Part shown: positions 44,621 to 55,805 of the stretch, one piece after another | How the letters are laid out: each line of letters starts with the position of its first letter | Numbering within the stretch: the stretch's first letter is position 1 | Source: Cladosporium halotolerans | Lineage: Eukaryota | Assembly: GCF_011745625.1 (NCBI RefSeq) | Contig: NW_027191465.1 | Span: 434,001 to 498,000, forward strand | DNA: 64,000 nucleotides | Direction of reading: 5' to 3' | Translations under genes and position numbers: made by a program | Notes under the pieces: model-generated | Databases searched by the model: none | Seen by the model: only the letters and a program-made list of their open reading frames with translations | Told to the model about the DNA's origin: nothing

Positions 44621-46162
44621 ATGGACGAAGTCAAGCCTCAATTAACTCAAGATGACATTCAGCTGGCCACTTTGGGTCATGCGCAGTCCTTCGAACGACA
44701 ATTCTCACGATGGTCGATGCTCGGTCTTGCGTTCGCCATCCTCAATTCTTGGACCGCTTTGGCAGCGTCACTCTCTCTTGCTCTGCCATCCGGAGGTCCT
44801 GTTGCGGTCATCTGGGGTCTGGCAACTGCAGGCATATGCAACTTATCTCTGGCTGCAAGCTTGGGCGAGTTCCTTTCAGCATATCCAACAGCGGGTGGTC
44901 AATACCATTGGGTTGCAGCCATCTCTCCAAATTCCCTGAAGCGAGGTCTATCGTGGATCACTGGATGGATCAACGTTTCCGGCTGGGTCGCCTTGGTAGC
45001 AACAAATTCTTCGCTGGCGAGCACGCTCATTATCAACATTATCTCACTGGAGGTGCCGACGTATGAGTACCAGAGGTGGCATCAATTTCTTATTTTCCTG
45101 GGCGTAACGATGCTCGCCTTCACCGTCAACGCATACATGCACACTCTGCTTCCACGCATAAACGGCGTTGCGTTGGCGTGGAGCATTGGTGGGTTTCTAC
45201 TAATATCAATCACCGTACTTGCCACCGCCGCACCTAATTATGCAAGTCCCGAATATGTGTTTGGCACCTTCATGAATACCACCGGCTGGCCGGATGGCGT
45301 CGCATGGCTTTTGGGACTTCTCCAGGGAGGCCTCGGACTTACTGGCTTTGATGCTGTCGCTCACATGATCGAAGAGATCCCGAATGCCGCTGTTGAGGGA
45401 CCCAAGATCATGGTATATTGTCAGCTCATAGGCATCTCCACTGGGTTCTTGTTCCTTGTTGTGGTCCTTTTCGTCTCCGGTGGCATGCAGAACGTCGACA
45501 ACATTGTCTCCTCTTCCGTGGGTCCACTTCTGGCAATATTCTACAACGCCACAAAATCTAAAGCCGGTGCAGTATGCCTGCTTATGTTTCCTCTCGTATG
45601 CTTTTTGTTCGCTGGCATCGCGGTCATGACAACCTCATCGCGCATGACCTTCGCATTCGCGCGAGATGGCGGCCTTCCAGTGTCGCGCCTTTGGTGGAAA
45701 GTCCATCCGACTCTGGGAGTGCCAATGAATGCGCTCTATCTGAATGTGGTGGTTGTCGTAATCTTCGGATGCATCTATCTGGGCTCAACAATTGCTTTCA
45801 ACGCCATCGTTGCGGCTTCTGTCGTCGCATTGGGGGTCAGCTACGGTATTCCAATCGCTATCAGTGTGGCTCAAATGCGACGCAAGCTCCCCGAGCGCAG
45901 CTTCAGGCTGCCGTCCTGGCTCGGGTGGACTGCCAACATCATAGGCCTGGTGTACACTGTGGTCACCACGGTGCTCTTCCTCTTCCCACCGCAGAAAGAA
46001 GTCACTGGCACGTCAATGAACTACTGCGTCGTCGCCTTCGGAGTTATCGTGACAATTTCTGCTATACAGTGGATGGTAGATGGGAGGAAGTCGTATCAAG
46101 GGCCTCGTGTTACCGTAAATGACGTGGAAGAGGTTTACGACCTCGGAGATGCAAAACATTGA
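44621..46162 (+). CDS. Amino acid/choline/GABA permease (APC superfamily, ACT family), intronless, ~513 aa
   Basis: SMLGLAFAILNSW, SAYPTAGGQYHWV, GFDAVAHMIEE, SSRMTFAFARDGGLP, MNYCVV; about 12 hydrophobic segments. Confidence 0.92.
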   Translation: MDEVKPQLTQDDIQLATLGHAQSFERQFSRWSMLGLAFAILNSWTALAASLSLALPSGGPVAVIWGLATAGICNLSLAASLGEFLSAYPTAGGQYHWVAAISPNSLKRGLSWITGWINVSGWVALVATNSSLASTLIINIISLEVPTYEYQRWHQFLIFLGVTMLAFTVNAYMHTLLPRINGVALAWSIGGFLLISITVLATAAPNYASPEYVFGTFMNTTGWPDGVAWLLGLLQGGLGLTGFDAVAHMIEEIPNAAVEGPKIMVYCQLIGISTGFLFLVVVLFVSGGMQNVDNIVSSSVGPLLAIFYNATKSKAGAVCLLMFPLVCFLFAGIAVMTTSSRMTFAFARDGGLPVSRLWWKVHPTLGVPMNALYLNVVVVVIFGCIYLGSTIAFNAIVAASVVALGVSYGIPIAISVAQMRRKLPERSFRLPSWLGWTANIIGLVYTVVTTVLFLFPPQKEVTGTSMNYCVVAFGVIVTISAIQWMVDGRKSYQGPRVTVNDVEEVYDLGDAKH

Positions 46163-46190
46163 GTTGGATGCTACCACCTTTAGATAGTAG

Positions 46191-47842
46191 TCATGCGGCA
46201 TTGCTGAAGCACTCCTTCCAACCCTTCCGACTCCCGTCTCCTTTCGCCTTGCGTATGACCATAATCATTGCCATCAGAAGCATCGTCGCGCAGACACAAG
46301 TATAGAAAATCCACATTCGCCAGAAAGCTTCAGTATACGTCGTAAGCTCACTTTCAGTCCGCTCGATCGCATCAAGAGAGCTGCCTATCTTCGTTTCCAG
46401 TAAGACGGTGCCAACGACGATGCTCACGCTGGAAAAGAGATTGCGAGCAAACCCTTGTGCCGAGATCGCTGGAGTAAGGTGTTCAGCGCTGACAAAAGAC
46501 TGCAACGCCAGCAATGGCGTCTGGAAGACTTGGCCCACACCAACTCCAAGAACGATCTGGAAGCAAATAATTTTCGCCCACTCGGTCCGTGTGCCGAAGT
46601 TCGTCAACAGCGAAGTTCCGAGCAACATCATGGCGCTGCCGGTCACCATGAAAAGCGTGAAGCTTCCGAGCCGTCTTACCAGCAACCCTGTGAGGAAAGT
46701 CGCCAGAGAGAGTGGAACGACAAGCGCGAGGAGCGCGAGGCCTGCTTTGAGAGGCGAGAACTGGAGGACGATCTGGTAGTACAGAGGGAGGAAGAAGTCG
46801 CACGCGATGAATGCGAAGCTGTGAAGGCAAGTGATCGCCATCGCTGCTGCGGGTCCGAGAGCGCAGAAAATGCGCATTGGTATCAACGGCTCTTTCGCAA
46901 ACGAGGTTTCGTACCACACAAAAACCGCTAGAAGTGTTATTCCTGCAGCGAGAGGTGCCACTGCAGAGGCTGATTTCCAAGTGGTTTCGGAGCCAGCGCC
47001 AGTTTGCAGACCAAAGAGGAAGGCAACCGCACCTCCAATGATGAGTATCATTCCGGTCCAGTCTAGTTTCCGCAGGCTGTCGAACAGTATTGAGAGTGGC
47101 ACATCGGCCATCAATGTGCAGGTCAAAACTGCCAGCGCAGATGCATTGATTGGTAGATTTATCCAGACTGATTTTCCTGTTAGCTCGTGAAACGGAACGT
47201 CCTTATGAGTATGTGACACCAGGACTTACAACACCATCTCCATCCTATAGTCTGCGTAAAGACGCCGCCGAGTACTGGCCCAAGCCCACTCGCTGCCGCA
47301 AATACCAGGCCCATGAGACCGTAATACTTTGCTCTCTCCGCCATCACAAACATCCTGCCGATAAGGATCGTTATCAGGACTTGGATTCCACCGCTACCGA
47401 TGCCTAGAAGAGTGCGGCCACCTATTAGCAGAGCGGGTGTCGTCGAGAGGGCAGCAAGCAGACTGCCGCCGGCAAAGACGACATTCGCTGCTATGAGAGT
47501 CCACTTGACACCGAACAAATCGGACATCTTTGCCCATATAGGAGATGACGAAGTACTCGCGAGGGTGTAAGAGCTTCCGATCCATGCGTACTGAGAAGCG
47601 TTCGCGTTCAAGGTTCGTGTGATGGTCGGGAGTGCGGTCGCGATAATCGTCACATCTAAGGCAGTGGTGAACTGCGTCAGACACAGCGTAGCCATTGTTG
47701 CTCTCCTCCTCCAAGTTGACATCTTGATCCCAGCATTTTGAGAGTCGCCATTTGTTTCATTGTCCGCATTCTCTGCTGTGATGACCAAGCTCTCCAACTT
47801 CTCTGCGTCTGGGGAGGGCGAAACTGGCTGCTTTTCTGCCAT
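46191..47842 (-). CDS. MFS drug:H+ antiporter (DHA2, 14-TMS type), intron 47168-47229
   Basis: ALDVTIIATALPTI, WIGSSY, KMSDLFG, GPVLGG.FT..IGWRWC-FWINLP across the intron, LDWTG, FFLPLYYQ. Confidence 0.92.
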
Positions 47843-48542
47843 GACGCAAGCAGATTGCGTGAGTCCGTTCCAAGAGGGTGACAGTGCTCGAGGTGTTGTA
47901 TTAGAGAGGACTGCGGCTCACATATGATCATAGCAGGTGTAGAAACAATGTTGAGGTCCCTCTGCCCACATGTTCCGAGATCGCACACGATTCTCGGAAG
48001 TTGTGGGCGTGGCTTCTCACCACTTCTCAAGCGACTCACCGCCATCAGTGAATTGTCTTAGGTACACAATGCGGCGCCCTCATAATTTGGTTCTTCGCCG
48101 GAAGGCAGGTTCACGCTTGTGTGTAGGAAACATCTCTACAAGCACGAGTTATAATGCCGTTGTCTCCTCAAGAGTATCTCAAGCTGCTTTATGCTTTGCG
48201 ACGGTTGTCACGCCACAAACATTCGTGTACGCGGTGATGGATTGTATGTTATTTTTCGATGAGTTGTAATGTGAAGTGGTCCTTCCTGAGAGACAAGCGA
48301 AAAGAAAATTGGTCGGTGGCCGGGTAACGTGGATTCGAGCTGGCTTCCGGTGGGGTGAGCATTCGGAACGTCAATCATCCCTGACATTATGTATCGCTCG
48401 TGCCTGGTGGCTGTAGTTCTGGGCTCACATCTTGGCTCACGATCAAACGTCTCGGACGTCCTCTCAAATTGTCGAGGAGACAGAAGAGAGAAAAGCCTAG
48501 CATCGCCTTACTTTACAACCGGCCGGTGACTGTTCATCAGAT

Positions 48543-49844
48543 TTAAAGCTCTTTCTGAGAATCCATCTCAGTCTCGCGCTCAATCTTCTTGTTGGTCTCC
48601 TGTGATGCCTCGGCCTTCAGATCTGGAGTGTTCTTGATTCCATGTTCTAACCTCCACTCTGCAAGCTCTGGGAAATGGCCACCTCCGCCGGTTGGATCGC
48701 CACCAGGCACACAAAGACCTAAACGCCAGAAGTAGTCGCGATGCGCGATTAACACCTCCCAGAACCTGTAGCGATGAGATATATCCCACCTCATCATGCT
48801 TGCAAAGAGTTTGGGCACACTTTCTTTGAGCGCACCCCAAATACCCTTACTCTCCAGCATCGCTGTCTCCAGCTTTTCTGGGTAGCTCGGATCTTCTCCG
48901 GCAATTCCTCTCTTGTCAAACGCGCCTTTACAATGCTTGAGGTCATCGGCAGAGGGTGAAAGTGAGGGCTTGGTGATGTAGATCTCGCCGGCATGCATCC
49001 CAAAGCCCCACTCGGTCGGTGGCAGAAGAGGTATAGGGTCATTGATACGGGTGACTCGGCGCCAGCGAAAGGTATCTTGGTCGCGACTCGCGTCAGCGTC
49101 CGGATCTTCATTGAGACCGAACACTGAATCGATATGCTTATTTGTCGCAGCGTTCCCGATGCGAGGCTCTCCGAAGGTGGTGATCCAAGGCTGCCATTGT
49201 CGTGCGTTGAAGTCTAGAGCAGCAAATGCAGCGACTGCTGCACCGAGACTATGGCCGACAAGGTGGAGCTCGTACTCAGGATACTGCGCCACTTGCTTCG
49301 CGACAGCGTCAATGATATGGATCCGGGTGTTGTTCCAGACTCGAGAGAACCCAGCATGTACGGTGCAATCCGAACACCGTGGAACATGTTCGACATGGCT
49401 GTCTCTCCTGCCAACGACTGTCTGGCCAGTCGTTTGATCCTCTGATCCCGGAAAAGGCGTATATTCGTGGGGCGATAGGCGAAAATCAGCAACCATCCCC
49501 GCAAGGTTGATAGTCCCGCGAAAGGCGACAAGGATCCTATGTCTGCCGTGATCAAGCGCAAGGTAACCGCCGCTGTCGCTGTGCGTGCTCAAACCCGTTC
49601 GCCAGTCTTTGACGAGTTCTAGTTGCGGGAAGTCGCTACATCGGCTCCAACAATTGAATGGCTCCGAGACGCCGCCGGTGAACATCGATGTGCAATAGGA
49701 TACATCGCACAGTCTCGCAAGCTCCTCTAGATCCGAGAACAGGGCCATAGAAACGCTCCTGTTACGGAGTGATGCGGATTCATCGTGGCCAGCGGCCCAG
49801 CCAAAAGCCAGACCCAATGCCGCAAGTGTGGCTCGAAGATGCAT
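48543..49844 (-). CDS. Class 3 lipase with signal peptide, intronless
   Basis: Signal peptide, LEELARL.D.SYC, ILVAFRGT, VHAGF, nucleophile GHSLG, TFGEPRIGN, NDPIPLLP, AHRDYFWRLG. Confidence 0.92.
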   Translation of the reverse strand: MHLRATLAALGLAFGWAAGHDESASLRNRSVSMALFSDLEELARLCDVSYCTSMFTGGVSEPFNCWSRCSDFPQLELVKDWRTGLSTHSDSGGYLALDHGRHRILVAFRGTINLAGMVADFRLSPHEYTPFPGSEDQTTGQTVVGRRDSHVEHVPRCSDCTVHAGFSRVWNNTRIHIIDAVAKQVAQYPEYELHLVGHSLGAAVAAFAALDFNARQWQPWITTFGEPRIGNAATNKHIDSVFGLNEDPDADASRDQDTFRWRRVTRINDPIPLLPPTEWGFGMHAGEIYITKPSLSPSADDLKHCKGAFDKRGIAGEDPSYPEKLETAMLESKGIWGALKESVPKLFASMMRWDISHRYRFWEVLIAHRDYFWRLGLCVPGGDPTGGGGHFPELAEWRLEHGIKNTPDLKAEASQETNKKIERETEMDSQKEL

Positions 49845-50401
49845 CACGCGAGGCCGGATGTGCTACATGATTACAAACGACATTCTATCATTACTACCAA
49901 AGAGATTGAAGTTTTGACTCGATGCACGATGATGCCACGATGATGAAGCAAGCAATCCTCATATTGACCCGATAGTTGGCACTAGGAGTTCGATTCACTG
50001 CAAAATCGAATAACATTTTCCACGTCGCCAATAGCCTCTGAAATTTTAGTCGATGGATCTCATATAAACTACTGGCTCTTGGCGCGCAATCAACCCAGAC
50101 ATCATAGCATTACTGGAGATTCTCGCAACGATAAGCACGTATCTTCTTTCTTAGTATGCGCTCGGCCTCGGGACGAACGCCTATACGCTAGAGTCATGGC
50201 CAGCCCACCTTTGGAAACTTGTAATGCGACCGTTTCCGCATGCAGCTCAGGTTTTCGTCGCGCTCGCTCGACTATACGCGTCAATGCAAGCGACTGCACT
50301 GAAGTTGAGGACTGCGTATATATTAGGAGGACGTAACGACAAGCGCATGACTTGTCAAAGATGCGCTAAATTGACAACGACATCTATGCCCAAATGATCT
50401 T

Positions 50402-52699
50402 TTACACTGGACCAGGCACAAATCCACCTATAGCCTTTCCCGTCGACTTCGCACCCTTCGTGCCCACTTGTTTGGTCTTCCCGCCATTTGCCTTGGTCGA
50501 AATATCCATGTTGTACTCGCTCGCGCTGTCACTTTGCTCCACCTCCGAGCCATCAGTCCCACTTTCACCCTTTCCACGCCGGTTCATCGACATCTTCGAG
50601 AACTTCTGTTTGAAGCCGTTCATTGCATCGTCCATCTTCTCCTTCTTCGGCTTTCTTTTCTGCTCAACCTGCTCTTCCATCTTCTTCGCCTCGCTCTCAG
50701 AGGTCAACCCTTCTTCCCGCGCGATACGCTCTTTCTCCGCTCGCTTTTTCTCCACCTGAGCGGTTTCCTTCTGCATCCGCTCAATCTCACGCTCAACAGC
50801 GTGGTGGTCAATGTCCTCGAACCCGCAAGCGGACATGATCTGGCCAGTCAAGTACCGGTACTGGAAGTGACTGCTGACGATCGAGCTGACGTCTACATTC
50901 TCGACGCCGTGGACGTGCTCAATCGGCCCCAAACCTGCTACTCCAGCGGTCATATTGTGCGTGCGAAAAAGGAAGGCAAGGAGGTGGTCGTTGGTCGAGT
51001 AGGCGTTGATGACTCGTCCCGAGACCACCGCTCGAATGCGGCGCCAGACTTTGGTGTCGCGAGAGTTTGCCGCGCCGGCTAACACGACGTTCTCGACGAT
51101 ACCAAAAGCTCTGCGCTTGGCTAATTCTTCCAGACACGAGACGATCACCCGGGCACCGATGGAGTAGCCGAGCAAGGTCACCGGCCGCTCGCCCTGGACT
51201 TTGTTACAGAGTGCGTCAGCCAGCACGCGACCGGCCTTGACGCTCTTCTGCAAGGCCAGGGTGAACGGGTTGTCGACCAGTCTCGCCGCTCTGGCGACAC
51301 CGAGCGGCCAGAGAGCTGCGGATAGGGTCGCAAAGGTCGTCTGCGCAACGGCCTGGCTTTTGGCAAACCCCCAAGCGGCGCTCTGCGAATACGTCCCCAT
51401 TGCGTGTCCCATTTCCAGGAGTGTGTCCAATTCCCAGCGCAGCGCATACGACTCGAAGCCTTCTTTGCCGATGAACTGCCAAGGCTTCACGACATCGGGA
51501 CCTTCTGTGACCCAACCCGATACGCCTATCGCGACTCGCAAACGACGGCTAGCCGCGTCCTTCGTGAAGGTCGACTTTCGGACGGGTATGAATGCAAAGT
51601 CCGAAACCTCCTTGGCGTAGTTGCCTACCAACTCACCTGCCATCTTGCCTCCATACGCGCCGAAAAGAACACCAATGAGTGGAGCGCTGCCGGCCATAGC
51701 GCCGAGATAAGCGGTGACCGCAGTAGATCCTAGACCGATACCTGCCATTGCTGAACCCACGCCCGCCGCGAGGAGAGGCGCAGCTAATCCGCCTGTAACT
51801 CCGATGAGGGTGGCCCCGACGGCAGCGCCAGCGCCTATCATCCATCTGCGGGCGACTTTCTTGTCGCGGATCCGCTTCTTGGTTTCTTCGTCGGCGTCCA
51901 TGCCGGAGTCGGCGGCGTGGGCTAGGCCTTGAGCGACCTTGCTCTCTTCTTTGACAAGGACATCCTTGGCAAGGCCGAGATGCGCCAACAGTTGTTTGAG
52001 GAAAACTCGGGATTCAGGCCAGTAGTGCTCCAGTCCCAGTAAAAGGAGAAGACAGCTGTGTAGGATGAGCATCCGATGTAGCTCTGGCAGGTCTTGCAGT
52101 GAATCGACGTTCCCTGGCCCGTTTTCTGAGGCTTGCTGCTCATCCATCTCAAGTCGTAGCTCATCAGTGATCCGGCCCAGTGCTTGCGTAGACCATGCAT
52201 CAAAATGCCGTAGAGACTTCTCTCTCAGGTCAGAGAACTCCTCAGAATCGAGCTGCTTCTTCATGGCTGCTTGATTCTTCTCTCGCTGCTTGGCATCAGA
52301 GGCTTGCTTTTTCTCCTTCCTCTTGACGATCTGCTTCTGAGCCTTGTCCTGCTGCTTTTCAGCTTTCTGCCGCTGCTTCGTGATTTTCTGTGCTTCCTTT
52401 GACGACATGCCCGGCTCGCTGTCCCACGTATCGGACATCATTGGCTCATGAGATGCGTCCGCGCTTTCGGACACCGCAGCGTCGTCCAGGCGAACTTCGA
52501 TCTCATCAATTTCTTCTGGGTCAGCGGCAGTAGGGACGCTGAAGAGAGCATCGATATCTTCTCTCATGCTACTCGCAATGTTCTGAATAGTGCCAATGAA
52601 AAGCTCCTCGTGGCCTTGACTAGCCAGCAGGGTGGCCAAAGATTCGTCATGCTGCTGCTGTTGCCGCTGCTCTTCACCGCCGTGCTTCGATCCAACCAT
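50402..52699 (-). CDS. DUF726 (TMCO4/Mil1-like) alpha/beta-hydrolase-fold membrane protein
   Basis: GATLIGVTGGLAAP, YALRWE, VDNPF, GERPVTLLGYSIGARVI, VVSGRVINAYSTND. Confidence 0.88.
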   Translation of the reverse strand: MVGSKHGGEEQRQQQQHDESLATLLASQGHEELFIGTIQNIASSMREDIDALFSVPTAADPEEIDEIEVRLDDAAVSESADASHEPMMSDTWDSEPGMSSKEAQKITKQRQKAEKQQDKAQKQIVKRKEKKQASDAKQREKNQAAMKKQLDSEEFSDLREKSLRHFDAWSTQALGRITDELRLEMDEQQASENGPGNVDSLQDLPELHRMLILHSCLLLLLGLEHYWPESRVFLKQLLAHLGLAKDVLVKEESKVAQGLAHAADSGMDADEETKKRIRDKKVARRWMIGAGAAVGATLIGVTGGLAAPLLAAGVGSAMAGIGLGSTAVTAYLGAMAGSAPLIGVLFGAYGGKMAGELVGNYAKEVSDFAFIPVRKSTFTKDAASRRLRVAIGVSGWVTEGPDVVKPWQFIGKEGFESYALRWELDTLLEMGHAMGTYSQSAAWGFAKSQAVAQTTFATLSAALWPLGVARAARLVDNPFTLALQKSVKAGRVLADALCNKVQGERPVTLLGYSIGARVIVSCLEELAKRRAFGIVENVVLAGAANSRDTKVWRRIRAVVSGRVINAYSTNDHLLAFLFRTHNMTAGVAGLGPIEHVHGVENVDVSSIVSSHFQYRYLTGQIMSACGFEDIDHHAVEREIERMQKETAQVEKKRAEKERIAREEGLTSESEAKKMEEQVEQKRKPKKEKMDDAMNGFKQKFSKMSMNRRGKGESGTDGSEVEQSDSASEYNMDISTKANGGKTKQVGTKGAKSTGKAIGGFVPGPV

Positions 52700-53798
52700 G
52701 TTCAAACGCGATTTTCAGCCTACCTTGCCTTCCGTACGCCTACGATGCTGTAGCCCTTAAATTAAGAGAAGCGTTCAAGGTGATGTAATTTCCGACGGAC
52801 TGTCGAAGCCCACCTGCATCCGAGGAGAAAGAACCCTGGCCAATGAAACATTGCGAAGCGGGGCAGGGACAGCGTTCACCGGACATTCGCCTTGATATGA
52901 TGACCCCAAAGGCATGCTACAGGAATTGTTGCAAAGAGGGTGCAGCAAACACTTGGGCCAGAATACTCAGTTAGGGTGATACAAGATTCTTGTCTAAACA
53001 AAATGTTGCCGAGGCTGGCCGAAGGCGAACGGGAGATGCTAATGTGGGGAACAAAAAACAGGGTGCTCGATCAGACATGTGCTAGAAGTGACCGAGAGCA
53101 GCTTGCCCGTAGCGAGCCACCCAAGCAGTAAAATTAGATCCATCGGTGGACTGGTGTACTTGCACACGCGAAATCACGAGGGTGAGGGACACGGAGTACG
53201 ACGAGGGAGACATATCTTTGTCTTCGAGGTAGGTGCTCATATGAAGCGGGGTCGAAAAAGGTGAGGCGTCCAGATGATGATAATGATACCTATACCTGAA
53301 ATGATATCGCGGCCCTTGGCAAGCAATTTGAAGCTCCACCCTGTCTGTTGTCGATCCCCGCGAAGGAGTGGAGCAGCCATTCCGTCATCGAGCGTCCCGC
53401 CCAAGATCCAGACTTGTCTGCCATCTCTCCCTCCCCTGTCACAGCACTCACGTGTCGGTGAGCAAAGGGTCATAATGGCAACCGTGGATGTCGCCTCGCA
53501 GCTGTAGCTCTGCTCTCATGTTCGAAGCATTATTAATCAGCTGTGAAACTCAAAGTGGCGTCCATCGGCCAATGGCGCAAACGCCATTCAAGCTTGAAAC
53601 CATGGAAAAGTTGGCTGCCGGGCGCGGAGCACCTAGGCTGCATGGTATCTGCACAAGGGACACTGCCACACAAATGACGATGATCGCTCTAGTACCTGCC
53701 GTAGCTCCTACCGCTCCTGATATTACATCTACTTTCTAAGCTTCTGTGACTTCGCCTCAGAACATTCTGTGCAAACACCTACCTAATCATTGTCAAAC

Positions 53799-55548
53799 AT
53801 GGCTTCGAACCTCGTGGAAAAGCTCACGGCTGAGGGAAAGGGCGAGCAGGCCGGTGAGCACTCACAATCCTATGGAACATGCATACGAGACAACAAATTT
53901 CGGTCAATCGATTCAAGCACACATGACTGACTAAATTTCAACAAGCCTTCTTGAACGAAATCGTCGCACAGCTATGGCCGAACATCAGCGTTGCCGGCAG
54001 CCAGATGACCAAGGACATTGTCGAGCCTATGTTCAAGTCGATGCTGCCGGGCCCGTTGTCTGGCCTTCACTTCACTAAGATCGACCTCGGGACTGTCCCC
54101 CTTCGCTTGAACAATGTGCGCACCGTGGAATCCACTACCGGTGGCATCAAACTTGACATGAACGTTGACTGGGACGGAGAGTGCGGTAATTATCTGCCTG
54201 GGATTCGGTGCCACAGAGCTCTTTCACTTACATCCTGACTAAGATATCCAGCTCGATGCTAGTATGATGCCGGCTCTGGTGAGTAGACCATTGCATGGCG
54301 CTAACGTGAGATCGGGCTGACCTTATTATTTTCCATTGCTAGGGAGTCAAGCATGTCAAGCTTCGCGGCAGGCTATCTGTTCTGCTCGGCCCATTGACCA
54401 ACATCATTCCCCTGGTGAGTGAATGTTGTAACCTGAAACTATCTTGGTACACGTTTTCCTAATGTGATATATAGATCGGTGCCGCCCAAGTGTCCTTCGT
54501 AAATCCGCCCATGCTCGAGCTCGATTTCACAGGTGCCGCAAACGTTGCCGACTTCGATGCCATCGACGGGGCTGTGCGCGGCGTGATCCTCTCCATCATC
54601 AACAGCATGGCCACCCTGCCCAACCGCTACCTCGTGACTCTCGACGCGAAGAACGACTACTTCAAGACCTTCGTGCAGCCCCTCGGCGTCATCCGCATCA
54701 CCGTCGAGAAGGCGTGGGACTTCGCGGAAGAAGAATCGCAAAACAAGGCCAAGAAGCTCTTCGCCAAACTGACCCGCGCCGCACCGGACTGCTACACCAA
54801 GGTCGAGGTCGGCGCGGAGCCCGAGTGGAAGACCACCACCAAGAACAACACCACCCACCCCTCGTGGGACGAGACGAGCGACTTCGTCGTCACCGACTTC
54901 GACCAGTGCATCAAGCTGCACCTGCTGGACGAAGACGTCAACGGCGACGACGAAGTCGGCATGGCCGTGACGACGGTCAAAGAAGTCCTGCTCGGCGGCG
55001 GCCGGCACGAGCTGGCGCTGACGCACAAGGGCGAGGAGACGGGTGGCAAAGTCTCGATCGCGTGCGAGTACTACAACCTGGCGGCCGACGGCGGCAAGAG
55101 CTTCTCGGCGGCCGCGCACCACGGCCCGGCGTGCATGTGCGGCGTCGCCAACATCCTCGTCGGCAACGCGTACGGCATCAAGGGCCAGCGCGAGCAGCTG
55201 ACGCCCAGCGTCAAGGTCAGCTGGGGCCAGAAGCACACGTTCCAGACGGCGGTCAAGACGGATGCGCCGGGGACGGACATCAACAACCCGACGTTTGACC
55301 AGAACTTCAGGGTTCCGCTGCACGTTGATTCGGCGGGCAGTGGGCAGCCGTTCCGTCTTAGTCTCATGAATGGGGAGAAGGAGATTGGTGGAGTTGACGT
55401 GCCGTTCGACGAGGTCTTGAAGGCGCCAGACATGACTTTGGAGAAGAAGTTCGACGTTGGAGGAGGCACCACCGTCAGGGCGAGCTTCTCTCTGAGGGGA
55501 CTGGTGCACCATGCAGAGCAGAAGCAGCAGACGCTGCCGCAGCGTTGA
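53799..55548 (+). CDS. SMP + C2 domain protein (extended-synaptotagmin-like), introns 53854-53945, ~54187-54243, ~54279-54342, ~54415-54474
   Basis: FLNEIVAQLWPN, LHFTKIDLG, SFVNPP.LELDFTG (SMP). PDCY.KV, P.WDE, DED..GDDEVG and NPTFDQ (C2 domains). Canonical splice sites. Confidence 0.88.
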
Positions 55549-55805
55549 GACCATGTGAAATAGTGATTATAGCACAAAATGGACATGACAGATTCAGGCC
55601 TTTTCGTGATACTGGAAACCGTTGATTACGAACGTCAAGAAAATCAACTACATGAATTTACAGCATCATACACCATCCATTCCTCGCCTCGTCATCCGAG
55701 TCCATATCCCCAACATGGAGCGCTGAAGTCGCGCTCTTCCCTTGAATCGTCCGACGCGGAACACGTGATCATTCATCCGCCCCCGAGGTGCTTCCCAAAC
55801 AATAG

